From contig MFUZ01000003.1 of NCBI GenBank assembly GCA_001785865.1, positions 15,048-79,047 on the forward strand: 64,000 nucleotides of DNA. The letters are read 5' to 3'. Positions 35,128 through 44,937 of this stretch are shown one piece after another; position 1 is the stretch's first letter; every line of letters starts with the position of its first letter. The notes below the pieces were generated by a model. That model was not told the DNA's origin and did no database searches. It saw only the letters and a program-made list of their open reading frames with translations. The position numbers were made by a program, and so were the translations under genes. This stretch comes from Candidatus Nomurabacteria bacterium RIFCSPLOWO2_01_FULL_41_18. GTDB taxonomy: Bacteria > Patescibacteriota > Minisyncoccia > Phycocordibacterales > UBA9973.

Positions 35128-37179
35128 ATGAGTAATATATTAAATTTAAAAGGAGTAAAGCTTTTTGCCATCATCGTGTTGGCATTGGCTGTACTCGCAA
35201 CATTCGGAATGGTTGCTGTGCAATCAGCAAGTGCTGATGCAGCTGCTCTTGCGACTTGCCCTACGTTGAGCCAAGGTTCATCTGCACAAAGTTGTGTTAT
35301 GAACCTACAAGGCGCGCTCAATTCGTTTGGAGCAACGCTCGTAGTTGATGGAGCTTTTGGTCCTATGACCAAGGCCGCAGTCGTATCCTTCCAATCTGCT
35401 CGTAATCTAGTTCCTGACGGAGTCGTCGGTCCTTTGACAAAAGCAGCTTTGATGGGTGCAACGGGAGGAGTATTCCCAGCAGGTTGTACTTCAGCTGCAG
35501 GGTTTAGTACCACTACTGGTGCTCCTTGTACCTCAAGTTCTCTTCCAGCAGGTTGTACTTCAACCGTAGGTTACAGCCCAACTACTGGCACAAAGTGTGA
35601 TGGTAGCCAAGGCGGTGGCGGTGGTGGAGGAGATACAGGCCTACAAGGTGGTGCAGGATCAGCTAACTATTCATTAATGTCAGATTACAGTAGTGAAACA
35701 GTTGGCGAAGGTGCAGAAGATGTGAAAGTTGCTGGTATCGAAGTCGAAGCAAATGGCTCTGACCTTGAACTTACAGCAGTTCGTTTAGTCTTTACACAAG
35801 GCACAGCAGGTAGCGACTTTGAAGACTATGCTGCCGAAGTTTCTGTATGGCTTGATGGAGAAGAACTCGGTCGCGTAGATGCTGATGAATTCACTGATGG
35901 CAACAATTACACCAGCACTATCACTCTTGACAGTGGCGTCATCGAAGAAGATGCGACTGGAGAGCTCGTAGTGGCTATTTCAGGAATTGGTAATCTTGAC
36001 ACCAACGATGCAGGTGACACTTGGACGGTAGATTTCCGTTCAGTTCGCTTCCTCGATGCGTTGGGAGATTCAACTTCCGAAGACCCATCAACAGCTACCA
36101 AGACGTTCTCTTTTGAGAACTTCGCTACATCTTCAGACAGCAGACTCGATATGCGTTTGACGACTGGTGATGCTGCAGATGCGATCAACAAAGCTCACTT
36201 GATCAACTCTCATGCAACTGATGAGACTGAAATGAAGAACGTTGTGCTCTTGGAATTCACTATGGAAGCGGAAGGAGACTCTGACCTTGAAATTAGAGAC
36301 TTCGGAGTTGACATTGTGGTTGCCACAGAAGATCATGTAGATGATCTTATTGCTGGCGGCACAGCACCTGAAGTTTTCCTTGAAATCGAAGGCGAGAACT
36401 ACGGTACTGCTGGTTACAACGAAGATGCTGATGACACAGACGTAGGGGTAGACGAAGAAGTTGCCTTTGCTGACGTGGATTACACCATCGATGCCGGCGA
36501 TACGGTTACAGTTCGCATAGTTGCAAACTTGACCGCTGCTGATGTTCACGCTGCAGGCTCTACTATCTACGCTCAGGTTACCGAGACTCAAAGCAACGAT
36601 ACCGCTTTGTTTGATATTCGGGATGAGTCCAACACCCAGCTCGCGGATGCCGATATGGTTGGTACTCCAACTGGCGAAGCTAGCACCTTGCGAGGTAGTG
36701 GATTTAACCTTGTTTTCGTATCAGAATCTGCAACTGAAAGCCACTCCGGCAACGTTGCTAACGCTTCTGACCACGACGAAGGAACATTCACTCTCGTATT
36801 CACAGTAGAGGCATGGGATGACAATGCTACAAGCATCTTCATCGACAACACCGCTCCAACTGAGACTGGTGGTGCTACGGAATCAGACGTGAATGTTACA
36901 GGCACAGATACCTATGTAACATCAAGTATTGAAAGGACTGGTGGTGATACTGCGGTAGAATCTGGCGATGACTTTGAAGTGTTAGCTGGAGACACGGTAG
37001 AATTTACCATTACCTATGTCACTGCAGCTGGCGCAGATGGTTTGTTTGATGTATCTCTTGGAAGTCTTCTATACGCCCTTGCTACGGGTGATGGAGACCT
37101 TACCGTTGCTGATGCACAAATCGATCTTCTCGACTTCAAGACGACACCTCCACTCAACTTGAACTATGATGTTGACTAA
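35128..37179 (+). CDS. secreted protein: N-terminal peptidoglycan-binding domain (PG_binding_1-like), Cys-containing short repeats, and a long acidic Thr/Asp/Glu-rich C-terminal region
   Basis: Signal peptide or TM helix (LFAIIVLALAVLATFGMVAVQSASA). LQGALNSFGATLVVDGAFGPMTKAAVVSFQSARNLVPDGVVGPLTKAAL is the PG-binding motif. AGCTSxxGxSxTTGxxC appears twice, then a Gly run. Gene GC ~50%, clearly above its surroundings. Confidence 0.6.
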   Translation: MSNILNLKGVKLFAIIVLALAVLATFGMVAVQSASADAAALATCPTLSQGSSAQSCVMNLQGALNSFGATLVVDGAFGPMTKAAVVSFQSARNLVPDGVVGPLTKAALMGATGGVFPAGCTSAAGFSTTTGAPCTSSSLPAGCTSTVGYSPTTGTKCDGSQGGGGGGGDTGLQGGAGSANYSLMSDYSSETVGEGAEDVKVAGIEVEANGSDLELTAVRLVFTQGTAGSDFEDYAAEVSVWLDGEELGRVDADEFTDGNNYTSTITLDSGVIEEDATGELVVAISGIGNLDTNDAGDTWTVDFRSVRFLDALGDSTSEDPSTATKTFSFENFATSSDSRLDMRLTTGDAADAINKAHLINSHATDETEMKNVVLLEFTMEAEGDSDLEIRDFGVDIVVATEDHVDDLIAGGTAPEVFLEIEGENYGTAGYNEDADDTDVGVDEEVAFADVDYTIDAGDTVTVRIVANLTAADVHAAGSTIYAQVTETQSNDTALFDIRDESNTQLADADMVGTPTGEASTLRGSGFNLVFVSESATESHSGNVANASDHDEGTFTLVFTVEAWDDNATSIFIDNTAPTETGGATESDVNVTGTDTYVTSSIERTGGDTAVESGDDFEVLAGDTVEFTITYVTAAGADGLFDVSLGSLLYALATGDGDLTVADAQIDLLDFKTTPPLNLNYDVD

Positions 37180-37295
37180 ATTCTTTAGTCAGATAGTTTA
37201 GAGTAGGAGTTTCGTTTAATTAGTCACGACTCTGGTTAATACACCTTAAAAAGTATTCCCGCTTTCGGACGGGTAAAACAAACGAAACAAAACAA

Positions 37296-37327
37296 CCCCC
37301 GCCTCTTACGAGAGGCCGGGGTTTTTT
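37296..37327 (+). terminator. rho-independent terminator
   Basis: CCCCCGCCTC-TTACGA-GAGGCCGGGG followed by TTTTTTGTTTTT. Confidence 0.75.
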
Positions 37328-37361
37328 GTTTTTATTGGAGAAATTGTTTATAATCAATTTT

Positions 37362-39287
37362 ATGGCGCGAACATGGATAGTATGTATAACGGTTGTTTCT
37401 ATTTTTTTATTTCCTCTATTATATATAGGAGGATTTTCTTTCCCGGCGATTTTTCCCCACGCTATGTTTATATTTTTTATATCAGAGCTATTGCTTTTAC
37501 TCTTTTTGTGGGGCGGAATACGCAAACAACAATTGGTTTTCAAAAAAAGTCTTCTTACTGCGGGGCTTTTGGCATACATTGTCGTTTTATTTATTTCCGC
37601 GCTCGCGGGCGCTGATTTCTTGCAGTCGTTTTGGTCAAGCTATAGTCGGATGACTGGCTTGGTCACCTGGGTTCATTATTTTATTTTGTTTTTCGTTCTC
37701 TCGTCGGTTTTAGAACGGCAGGACTGGAAATATGTTTTTCGGGCGTTGATTCTTTCCGCAATTGTGCTTGCGATAGGGTCTTTTCTAGGACCGACTGGTT
37801 TCAATATCGGATGGAAACCGATTGCAGGGGCAGGATCGTTACTAGGAAACAGTAGCTACAGCGGTATCTATTATGTACTGGTGTTTTTTATGTCTGTTGT
37901 CGGATTTGCATTGGAAGACAGAAGAAAATGGAAATATATATACGGATTCGGCTGGCTAATAATATTCATTAGTCCTGATCTGTTTAATTTTCAATTTTTC
38001 ACGGGAGCGATATCTTTCTCTGAAATTTTCGGAAACCCCTTTTTGCTTCTTGGGTATGCGCGGGCGTCAACTGTGGCATTGTGGACGGGGATTGTCTTAC
38101 TGGGGATTTTGTATGGCATCCATACTATATCTAAAGTTTTTATCCAGAAGATGCTTTTGGGGATTGTGTTTGTTTGTCTTAGTGGAGGGTATGTGTTCGG
38201 CTTCTTGTCTATCATCAACAAGCAGGGAATTGTCTATGAAAAATATATAGAGGAGGAGGGCGAACATATTCGGTCAAGTGTGTGGAATATTGCCTTACAG
38301 AGCATAAAGGAACGTCCATGGTTTGGCTACGGGCTGGAGAACTTTGAGCATACATATCAAAAACATTTAAACGCAAGCATGATTGAGAATAAAAATGATT
38401 TGCGGATGGTTACGCTTAGAGAGACTTTATGGTTTGATATGGTGCATAATACAACACTGGAATCGCTAGTTTATAACGGTGTTATTGGTACGCTTACAAA
38501 AATATTGCTTTTGGGAATAGTTCTTTTTCTGTGTATGCGCCGGTATTTTCAAAAGAGAGAATTTTATTTCCTAGTTGTACCTTTCGTTTTTATTTTGCAT
38601 TTACTCCAGACACAGACATCGTTTGAGACAGACAGCGGGTTACTGCTCTTGTTTTTATTGCTTGCCTTTCTAGTCTCGCGCGAAGAAAAGATCATTGCCT
38701 TGTCGCTTCCCGGAAACAGGTGGTGGTACAGAGTTGGGGCTGTGGCATTGTTTATGGTTACGTTGTATAGCTTTATATTTGTTCCAATTCGTGAGAATAA
38801 GACATTGGCAAATATACAAAGTGCGGCATATGTTGATAAAAGAATTCCTCTATATAAAGATTTGTACTCTTTACGTATGTCTCCCGAAAAGAGTTTGCGG
38901 ATTTTATCCGGTAAATACACGGCTGGTATTGTTACCAAATATGAAGACATTTTACAGTATCAACAGTCGGACAATGTCCGCAAGGAATTGAATATATATC
39001 TTGACTTGTATGAACACTATTTACCACGTTATGAGAATAGTTACAGGTATTTGATTGACTATGCAAATGTCATACACATCGCGTATCTTTTTGGTATTAA
39101 TGAAACAGAGAAGGGTGAAACGCTGTCGCGTCGAGCACTTTCTATCTCACAGTCATATCCTCATGCGTACTGGTTTCTCGCGTTTAATATGTATCGTCAA
39201 GAAAGGTTTGACGAAGCAAAAGAGTATATGCAAGCGGCGCAAACAATTGATCCATCAATAAAATCTGACTTTCTGTATAAAAATTAA
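37362..39287 (+). CDS. O-antigen ligase / Wzy_C-family polytopic membrane protein with a C-terminal TPR-like domain (WaaL/PglL-like)
   Basis: 10+ TM helices and a periplasmic loop with RPWFGYGLENFEH, typical of Wzy_C. Soluble C-terminal ~200 aa with helical repeats. Start could be 37326. Confidence 0.6.
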   Translation: MARTWIVCITVVSIFLFPLLYIGGFSFPAIFPHAMFIFFISELLLLLFLWGGIRKQQLVFKKSLLTAGLLAYIVVLFISALAGADFLQSFWSSYSRMTGLVTWVHYFILFFVLSSVLERQDWKYVFRALILSAIVLAIGSFLGPTGFNIGWKPIAGAGSLLGNSSYSGIYYVLVFFMSVVGFALEDRRKWKYIYGFGWLIIFISPDLFNFQFFTGAISFSEIFGNPFLLLGYARASTVALWTGIVLLGILYGIHTISKVFIQKMLLGIVFVCLSGGYVFGFLSIINKQGIVYEKYIEEEGEHIRSSVWNIALQSIKERPWFGYGLENFEHTYQKHLNASMIENKNDLRMVTLRETLWFDMVHNTTLESLVYNGVIGTLTKILLLGIVLFLCMRRYFQKREFYFLVVPFVFILHLLQTQTSFETDSGLLLLFLLLAFLVSREEKIIALSLPGNRWWYRVGAVALFMVTLYSFIFVPIRENKTLANIQSAAYVDKRIPLYKDLYSLRMSPEKSLRILSGKYTAGIVTKYEDILQYQQSDNVRKELNIYLDLYEHYLPRYENSYRYLIDYANVIHIAYLFGINETEKGETLSRRALSISQSYPHAYWFLAFNMYRQERFDEAKEYMQAAQTIDPSIKSDFLYKN

Positions 39288-39308
39288 TATGATACAATAC
39301 ACAGCATT

Positions 39309-40220
39309 ATGAAATGTTTAGTAACAGGTGGGGCGGGGTTTATCGGCTCGCATTTAGTGGATCGTTTATTCCAAGAAGGTCATGAGGTATATGTCGTTGA
39401 TAACCTTTCTACCGGGAAACGAGAGAACATTAACAAAAATGCACGCTTTCTTGAAGGAGACATAACAAATTTCGACGAACTTCAAAAGATATTTACTGAA
39501 ACAAAGCCAGAATATGTGTTCCACGAGGCCGCTATTCCACGTATGCCTGTTTCTATCGAAGACCCCGTCGGTACATCAAAAGTAAATATCTTAGGCACAA
39601 TTAATGTGCTGAAAGCTGCGGTGGATGCTGGAGTTAAAAAAGTTATCTTCGCTTCTTCTTCTTCGGTTTATGGCGACCAGAAGACCTTGCCCCTAAAAGA
39701 AGATATGTCACCAAACCCCATGAGTCCGTATGGTTTACAAAAATATACTGGAGAACTCAACCTTCGTCTGTTTTCGTCTCTCTATGGTTTGCCCACTGTT
39801 GCTCTGCGTTACTTTAATGTGTATGGACCAAGAGCTGATATCAATTCCGATTATAGTTTAGTTGTAGGCAAGTTTTTAAGGTTGAATAAAGAAATGAAGC
39901 CGCTTACGATATTTGGGGATGGAAAGCAATCCAGAGCTTTTTGCTATGTAGAGGACGTAGTGGAAGCAAATATAAGAGCCATGAATTCTGCTCGCGTGGG
40001 AACCGGAGAGGTAATTAATATTGGGGCTAGAATTCCAGTTTCTGTGGAACAAATTGCCGAAGCCATAGGCGGAAAAAAAGAATATCTACCACCTAGAACT
40101 GGAGATCCTATGCATACAGCTGCTGATCTCTCCCGTGCAACAGAACTTTTAGAATGGGAGCCTAAAGTAAGTTTTCAAGAAGGTCTTAAGAAAACAAAGG
40201 CATGGTTTGATAGACAGTAA
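39309..40220 (+). CDS. NAD-dependent nucleotide-sugar epimerase/dehydratase (GalE-like SDR)
   Basis: MKCLVTGGAGFIGSHLVDRL, and a YxxxK-containing catalytic region (SPYGLQKYTGE). Confidence 0.8.
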   Translation: MKCLVTGGAGFIGSHLVDRLFQEGHEVYVVDNLSTGKRENINKNARFLEGDITNFDELQKIFTETKPEYVFHEAAIPRMPVSIEDPVGTSKVNILGTINVLKAAVDAGVKKVIFASSSSVYGDQKTLPLKEDMSPNPMSPYGLQKYTGELNLRLFSSLYGLPTVALRYFNVYGPRADINSDYSLVVGKFLRLNKEMKPLTIFGDGKQSRAFCYVEDVVEANIRAMNSARVGTGEVINIGARIPVSVEQIAEAIGGKKEYLPPRTGDPMHTAADLSRATELLEWEPKVSFQEGLKKTKAWFDRQ

Positions 40221-40244
40221 CAAGTAATACATGGCTGACATAAA

Positions 40245-40324
40245 TTACAAGTTACTATTTACATGTTACGGATTATTAGTTACTATTTACCAGTTACGTG
40301 TTACTAATTACTAGTTACTAATTT
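40245..40324. repeat. Tandem/direct repeats of GTTACTA(A/T)TTAC-type units (5 copies) between the epimerase and dehydrogenase genes
   Basis: AGTTACTATTTAC at 40250 and 40278. TGTTACTAATTAC at 40299. AGTTACTAATT at 40313. GTTACGG and GTTACGTG variants. Confidence 0.6.
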
Positions 40325-40331
40325 TAAAACA

Positions 40332-41171
40332 ATGAATAAAAAAAACTTAAAAGACATTAAAATAGCGATAGTGGGTGTCGGAATGGTCGGAGGAGCAATG
40401 GCTAATTATTTTAAAAAAGCTGGAAGAACTCCGTTTCTGTATGATCCCCACAAGAACATGGGTTCCAAAGGAGATGTGAACCAAGCAGATGTTGTTTTTA
40501 TTTGTGTGCCAACCCCGTTTTTGAAAGATGGGAGTGGATTCGACTTGTCGTATGTAAAGGAAGCTTGTGAATTTTTAGAAAAAGGGAAGATCGTGGTCAT
40601 CAAATCAACCGTTGTTCCCGGAACTACAGAGAAGCTCCAGAGGGAATACCCTCATCTTAAGTTTTTATTTAATCCAGAGTTTTTAACGGAAATTACCGCT
40701 GATCAGGATATGAACTATCCTGATCGCCAGATTCTGGGATATACCAAAGAGAGTTACAACGTTGTTGGTCACTTGATGCGACTACTGCCACTTGCGCCGT
40801 ATGAGAAAATAATGCCCGCGACAGAAGCAGAGATGGTGAAGTATTACGGGAACACTTGGTTTTCCGTGAAAGTAACCTTTGCCAATCAGATGTACGACCT
40901 CTGCGAGAAATTGGGCATTGATTACGATTTGGTAAAGGAAGCCGCCGCAGCTGATAAGCGTATCGGTCCGTCACACCTTGAGGTGTGGCACAAAGAATAT
41001 CGGGGATATGGTGGCAAGTGTTTGCCGAAAGATACACGCGCTCTCATTGAGCTCGCTGACTCTATAGGCGTGGATATGAAACTTCACAAGATGGCGGAAG
41101 AGATAAACAATAGAATGATGGATGAACAGGGAATAGAAGACCCCGAGAAATTTTCAAAGAGAGAGGGCTAG
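40332..41171 (+). CDS. UDP-glucose/GDP-mannose dehydrogenase-family protein lacking the usual C-terminal domain (279 aa)
   Basis: N-terminal Rossmann motif IAIVGVGMVGGAMA, and the catalytic Cys region GYGGKCLPKDT (compare GGSCFPKD). Ends well before the usual UDP-binding domain. Confidence 0.55.
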   Translation: MNKKNLKDIKIAIVGVGMVGGAMANYFKKAGRTPFLYDPHKNMGSKGDVNQADVVFICVPTPFLKDGSGFDLSYVKEACEFLEKGKIVVIKSTVVPGTTEKLQREYPHLKFLFNPEFLTEITADQDMNYPDRQILGYTKESYNVVGHLMRLLPLAPYEKIMPATEAEMVKYYGNTWFSVKVTFANQMYDLCEKLGIDYDLVKEAAAADKRIGPSHLEVWHKEYRGYGGKCLPKDTRALIELADSIGVDMKLHKMAEEINNRMMDEQGIEDPEKFSKREG

Positions 41172-42416
41172 CTAAATTCTTTGAAAGAAAAAAAATATCA
41201 TTGCCGATCTTACCACTTCTGTAATAAGTATTGTCCCTACGACTCCCCAAATGCCGAAAAAGGGCGTTAGTAGAAGAAGGAGAATAATCCTAAAAATAGA
41301 GGATCCTACCCTAATGACATAAAGGTCCTTTTTTCTTAAGTCGCTTACAAGCGCGGTTTCCAAAAGTTGGAAAGGAATCATTATTCCAATAATTGATAAT
41401 GCTTGCAGATAGATTATCGACTCTAGATAGTTCGGAAAGAATATTTTATAGATAAAAGGTATAATTGCAATATTAGCAATGACGAATGGTACTGATAGAA
41501 AAAATAAAGAAAAGAATTTATTCAGCAGTCCTTTTTTGATATCTTTTACATTTTTCTCACCAATTTTTGGGAGCGCGAGTGCTTGTATTGGTAAATAATT
41601 GTTTAATGCTTTTATGGGAAAGTAGCTGAAAGAATATACAGCGACCTGAATAGGACCGAGGAAGTGCCATAGAATTACTGTATCAAAATTTTTCCCAATT
41701 TTAGCGATTGCATCCATTATTGTCATATCTTTGCCAAATTTTATTGCACTGCCATCCTGTTCGTTGTTTTTCAGTTGTCTGATGGTTTTATATAATAAGA
41801 ATCCTTCGAAAACCGCATGGGCGACAAGGGTTGTAAAAATAACCCAGAAGACGCTGTTGGTGAAGTAGATAACAGGAAAAAGCGCTAGTAGTATTAAGAG
41901 TGCAGGCCCGAATTTATATAAGCTCTCTTTGGCAAACTTTTTTTTAGCATTCCAAAAAACCCTAGCAAGAGGAAATGTGGTCCAGAAAGGCAGGAAAATA
42001 GCGGCAACAAAAAAACTGCTCGCCAGTTCCATATTTTGGTGCGCGAGGTACCAACCAGCCGCTGTAGTAAGACCGAGTGAACCAACTAAAGACCACTTCA
42101 TTTTTTTCTTAATAACAGTGATGAGCGCGCCCTCGCTATTACGAGCAATGCTTCTAATAAGCGTTGTATTTAACCCAGACAAAGCGAAAATGCTTGCAAT
42201 ATCAATTCCAGCAAGCACGAATTGATATGTACCATACATTTCTTTAGGGAACCAACGCGCGAATGCCATCATTGTTACAAATGAAATAGTAAGCACTCCA
42301 ATTCTGCCAAGAATAATCCAGAAACTTCCTCCGGCAACGTAAACCATATCCGTTTTTGTATAACGTTCCGACCAGCGGAGCAATTGCAATATTTTGTTCC
42401 GTAATAATAATTGCAT
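41172..42416 (-). CDS. polysaccharide flippase (Wzx-like, MOP superfamily)
   Basis: 414 aa with ~12 TM helices. Polysacc_synt-like N-terminal region (LLRWSERYTKTDMVYVAGGSFWIILGRIGVLT). Confidence 0.6.
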   Translation of the reverse strand: MQLLLRNKILQLLRWSERYTKTDMVYVAGGSFWIILGRIGVLTISFVTMMAFARWFPKEMYGTYQFVLAGIDIASIFALSGLNTTLIRSIARNSEGALITVIKKKMKWSLVGSLGLTTAAGWYLAHQNMELASSFFVAAIFLPFWTTFPLARVFWNAKKKFAKESLYKFGPALLILLALFPVIYFTNSVFWVIFTTLVAHAVFEGFLLYKTIRQLKNNEQDGSAIKFGKDMTIMDAIAKIGKNFDTVILWHFLGPIQVAVYSFSYFPIKALNNYLPIQALALPKIGEKNVKDIKKGLLNKFFSLFFLSVPFVIANIAIIPFIYKIFFPNYLESIIYLQALSIIGIMIPFQLLETALVSDLRKKDLYVIRVGSSIFRIILLLLLTPFFGIWGVVGTILITEVVRSAMIFFFFQRI

Positions 42417-42446
42417 ATATCCTATTTTACCAAAAGATGATATGAT

Positions 42447-43397
42447 GTGCTAATCGTTAATATGTTTTCACGAATCAAAAATTTTCCACACCAATTCTTT
42501 TTTACAGGGGTGTCAAAGTTCCACATTTTTTGGCGTGGATTTCAACTATTATTCTATGAAATATTTGGCAAAAAACAGATCGTTTCCAATGTCAATGGTT
42601 TCTCGATGCTTCTAGACTTGCAGACTCCGGGCATATCAAAGGCGCTGTTTGTTTACGGTACAAGAGAGATTCTTGACACACAAATTGTGCAAGAGGTTAT
42701 GCGCGACAATATGGATGTTATTGAAGTTGGGGGGAATATCGGCTATTATACTCTTTTAGAAGCTAATGGGAGCGCGGGCACAATCTATGTGTTTGAACCG
42801 GATCCAAGAAATAAACCGATTCTTGAGAAGAATATACGAATGAACAATTTACAAGATCGTATTAAACTTTATCCTTGGGCCGTCGGAGACAAGTCTGGCA
42901 ATCAACAGTTTTATTTGGGACGCAAATCAAATTTAAGCAGTACGCAACCTCGGTTCGGAACTACCACGGGAGGACAATTAGAGGTAAAATCTATTAAACT
43001 GGATGATTTTAAGCCGGCATACGCCGCTTCATTCTTGCGCATGGACATTGAGGGCGCAGAGGACTCTGTGATTCGTGGCATGGAAAAAATACTTTTACAA
43101 GGCAAGCCATTTGCTTTTTTGATTGAGCTTCATCCCACTCTATATAAAACGCTTAACATTCCCTTTGTTGAGACTTTGCGTCATTTAAAGGACATTGGTT
43201 TTATTTGTCGCTATGCAATTTCCGCAGGCGTTATTGAACATCCCTTGCTTATATCAAAAGGGTATAAACCCATCCGTGGCGTTCAAGAGACGGAAAAAGG
43301 GCATGGGTTGTACGAACACATTAAGATGGACGATCTTATAGAAATGATGGACGAAAAGAAAAAAATTGTTCGCTCCGTTTTATTAGTGCGTGAATAA
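42447..43397 (+). CDS. FkbM-family methyltransferase
   Basis: IEVGGNIGYYTLLEA, and the downstream FkbM pattern (YPWAVGDKSG...DIEGAE). Confidence 0.65.
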   Translation: MLIVNMFSRIKNFPHQFFFTGVSKFHIFWRGFQLLFYEIFGKKQIVSNVNGFSMLLDLQTPGISKALFVYGTREILDTQIVQEVMRDNMDVIEVGGNIGYYTLLEANGSAGTIYVFEPDPRNKPILEKNIRMNNLQDRIKLYPWAVGDKSGNQQFYLGRKSNLSSTQPRFGTTTGGQLEVKSIKLDDFKPAYAASFLRMDIEGAEDSVIRGMEKILLQGKPFAFLIELHPTLYKTLNIPFVETLRHLKDIGFICRYAISAGVIEHPLLISKGYKPIRGVQETEKGHGLYEHIKMDDLIEMMDEKKKIVRSVLLVRE

Positions 43398-44937
43398 AAA
43401 TACAGGTATGGTAAAAAATACTTCTTTAATAGATTTATTAAAAAAAGGAAGCATTTCATTGTGGGGATATCACGACAAATGTCTTCCCGATTTATTGTTA
43501 GAAAATCATAATGTTTGCATTCACACACGCGACAAACCCTCTACAATTTCACGGGAACAATCAGAAGTTTGTTTTTTAGACAGGGAAATAATTAAAGCGC
43601 TACTGGTGGCATTTCCCCAAAATTCTCGATATATTCTTGTGCGTCTTGCATTCAGAACCTCGTGGCTTATAGGATTTTTTGGGATTATTCGCTGGCTCGC
43701 CCAAAAACAATTTATTTTTAGAGGAATACTACCTTTGCGATCAAGAAAGTCTTGGCAGTTTTGGGTGGTTCTCGAGCGCAGAAAACAAAAAAAAGTGGTC
43801 CAACAGTCCAATTTGTCGGCAGAAATCGGAGTGCAGGGTTTGTTGGACTTTCTGCGAAAAGAAGATATAAATTATGTTGTTTTGCGCTCTTTTGATAAAT
43901 TGCCGAAACTTGCTAGAGAGGGCGGTGATCTTGATATTCTTGTAGCAGACAAAGATGAATTACGAGTGAGAGAATTTTTAAATTTGAATCAGGGTAATAT
44001 TCCTATAGATATATATTCGGTTTCCGGTTTGTCTGCAGGTGGCCTTCCTTATTACCCCCCTCCTCTCGCCAGAAAAATTTTAGAAAGCGCAGTCGAAGGT
44101 CCTGCAGGATCGCGCGTGCCGGCTTTAAGGGAGGCATTTTTAAGTTTTGCCTATCATGTGCTCTATCATAAGGGTTCCCTCACCGAACACAGACATATGG
44201 AAAATCTTTTATTAATGGCCCAAAAGATGGATATTTTTATGGATATTACACTGGAGAACTTAGAGGAGTATCTTGCCGGCCAAGGATGGCGACCGAAACG
44301 CGACACGCTTGCCAAAATTGCTGTGATGAATGAATGGGTTTGGAAAAGATTCTTAGCCGATTCTTCCCCGAAAAACGAGATTGGCCTGGGGGTTTTTATA
44401 CTGAAGGGTGGGGCGGTAAGGCTGGGCTTTGCTAGCGCCGTGGTAAAAGCTATTGAAAGGGATGGTTTTGCCATAATTCATAAAATTCAATTTAATGATA
44501 AGCAAAAACATTACGCCGCAGATCATTTAAGAGGCGGGAACTGGATTTATCAGTCATCGATTTCGCCGGAGGATTATCTACCCGCTATGGCAATTGTTGT
44601 GCTTGATCGCAATCCCATAAAATGGATTAATGAGCAAGCGCTCGGCCAAGTCCCTGCTGGCCGGATGCACGCATTAAAGCTGAAACTGCGGAAAGAGTTT
44701 GATTTAAGCGGACAAAAAAGCTTTATTCATGGCACCGACAATACAACCGAAGCATGGGAATACATAGAAATTTGTTTTCCGGGAGAGTTAGCTCTTATCG
44801 AAAAGAAAATGGAAAATTTCAAACAAAAAAATGGTTTCAATTTTTTAAAAAAAATGCATCTATATTTACGTCTATCGCCTTATTTATTACGGCATGGTTT
44901 GAAAAGATTTATTATTAAGCGTATTATAGAGCGATGA
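43390..44937 (+). CDS. multidomain hypothetical protein with a C-terminal nucleoside-diphosphate-kinase-like domain and a possible minimal nucleotidyltransferase motif
   Basis: C-terminal: GVFILKGGAVRLGFASAVVKAIERDGFAII...KHYAADHL, then AIVVLDRNPIKWIN, then FIHGTDNTTEAWEYIEICF. These parallel the NDK motifs ERTFIIKP.AV..G....I..R.E..GF...HY...; the Kpn loop; and N.IHGSDS.E.A.REI..WF. Mid-region: REGGDLDILVADKDE. Confidence 0.5.
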   Translation: MNKNTGMVKNTSLIDLLKKGSISLWGYHDKCLPDLLLENHNVCIHTRDKPSTISREQSEVCFLDREIIKALLVAFPQNSRYILVRLAFRTSWLIGFFGIIRWLAQKQFIFRGILPLRSRKSWQFWVVLERRKQKKVVQQSNLSAEIGVQGLLDFLRKEDINYVVLRSFDKLPKLAREGGDLDILVADKDELRVREFLNLNQGNIPIDIYSVSGLSAGGLPYYPPPLARKILESAVEGPAGSRVPALREAFLSFAYHVLYHKGSLTEHRHMENLLLMAQKMDIFMDITLENLEEYLAGQGWRPKRDTLAKIAVMNEWVWKRFLADSSPKNEIGLGVFILKGGAVRLGFASAVVKAIERDGFAIIHKIQFNDKQKHYAADHLRGGNWIYQSSISPEDYLPAMAIVVLDRNPIKWINEQALGQVPAGRMHALKLKLRKEFDLSGQKSFIHGTDNTTEAWEYIEICFPGELALIEKKMENFKQKNGFNFLKKMHLYLRLSPYLLRHGLKRFIIKRIIER

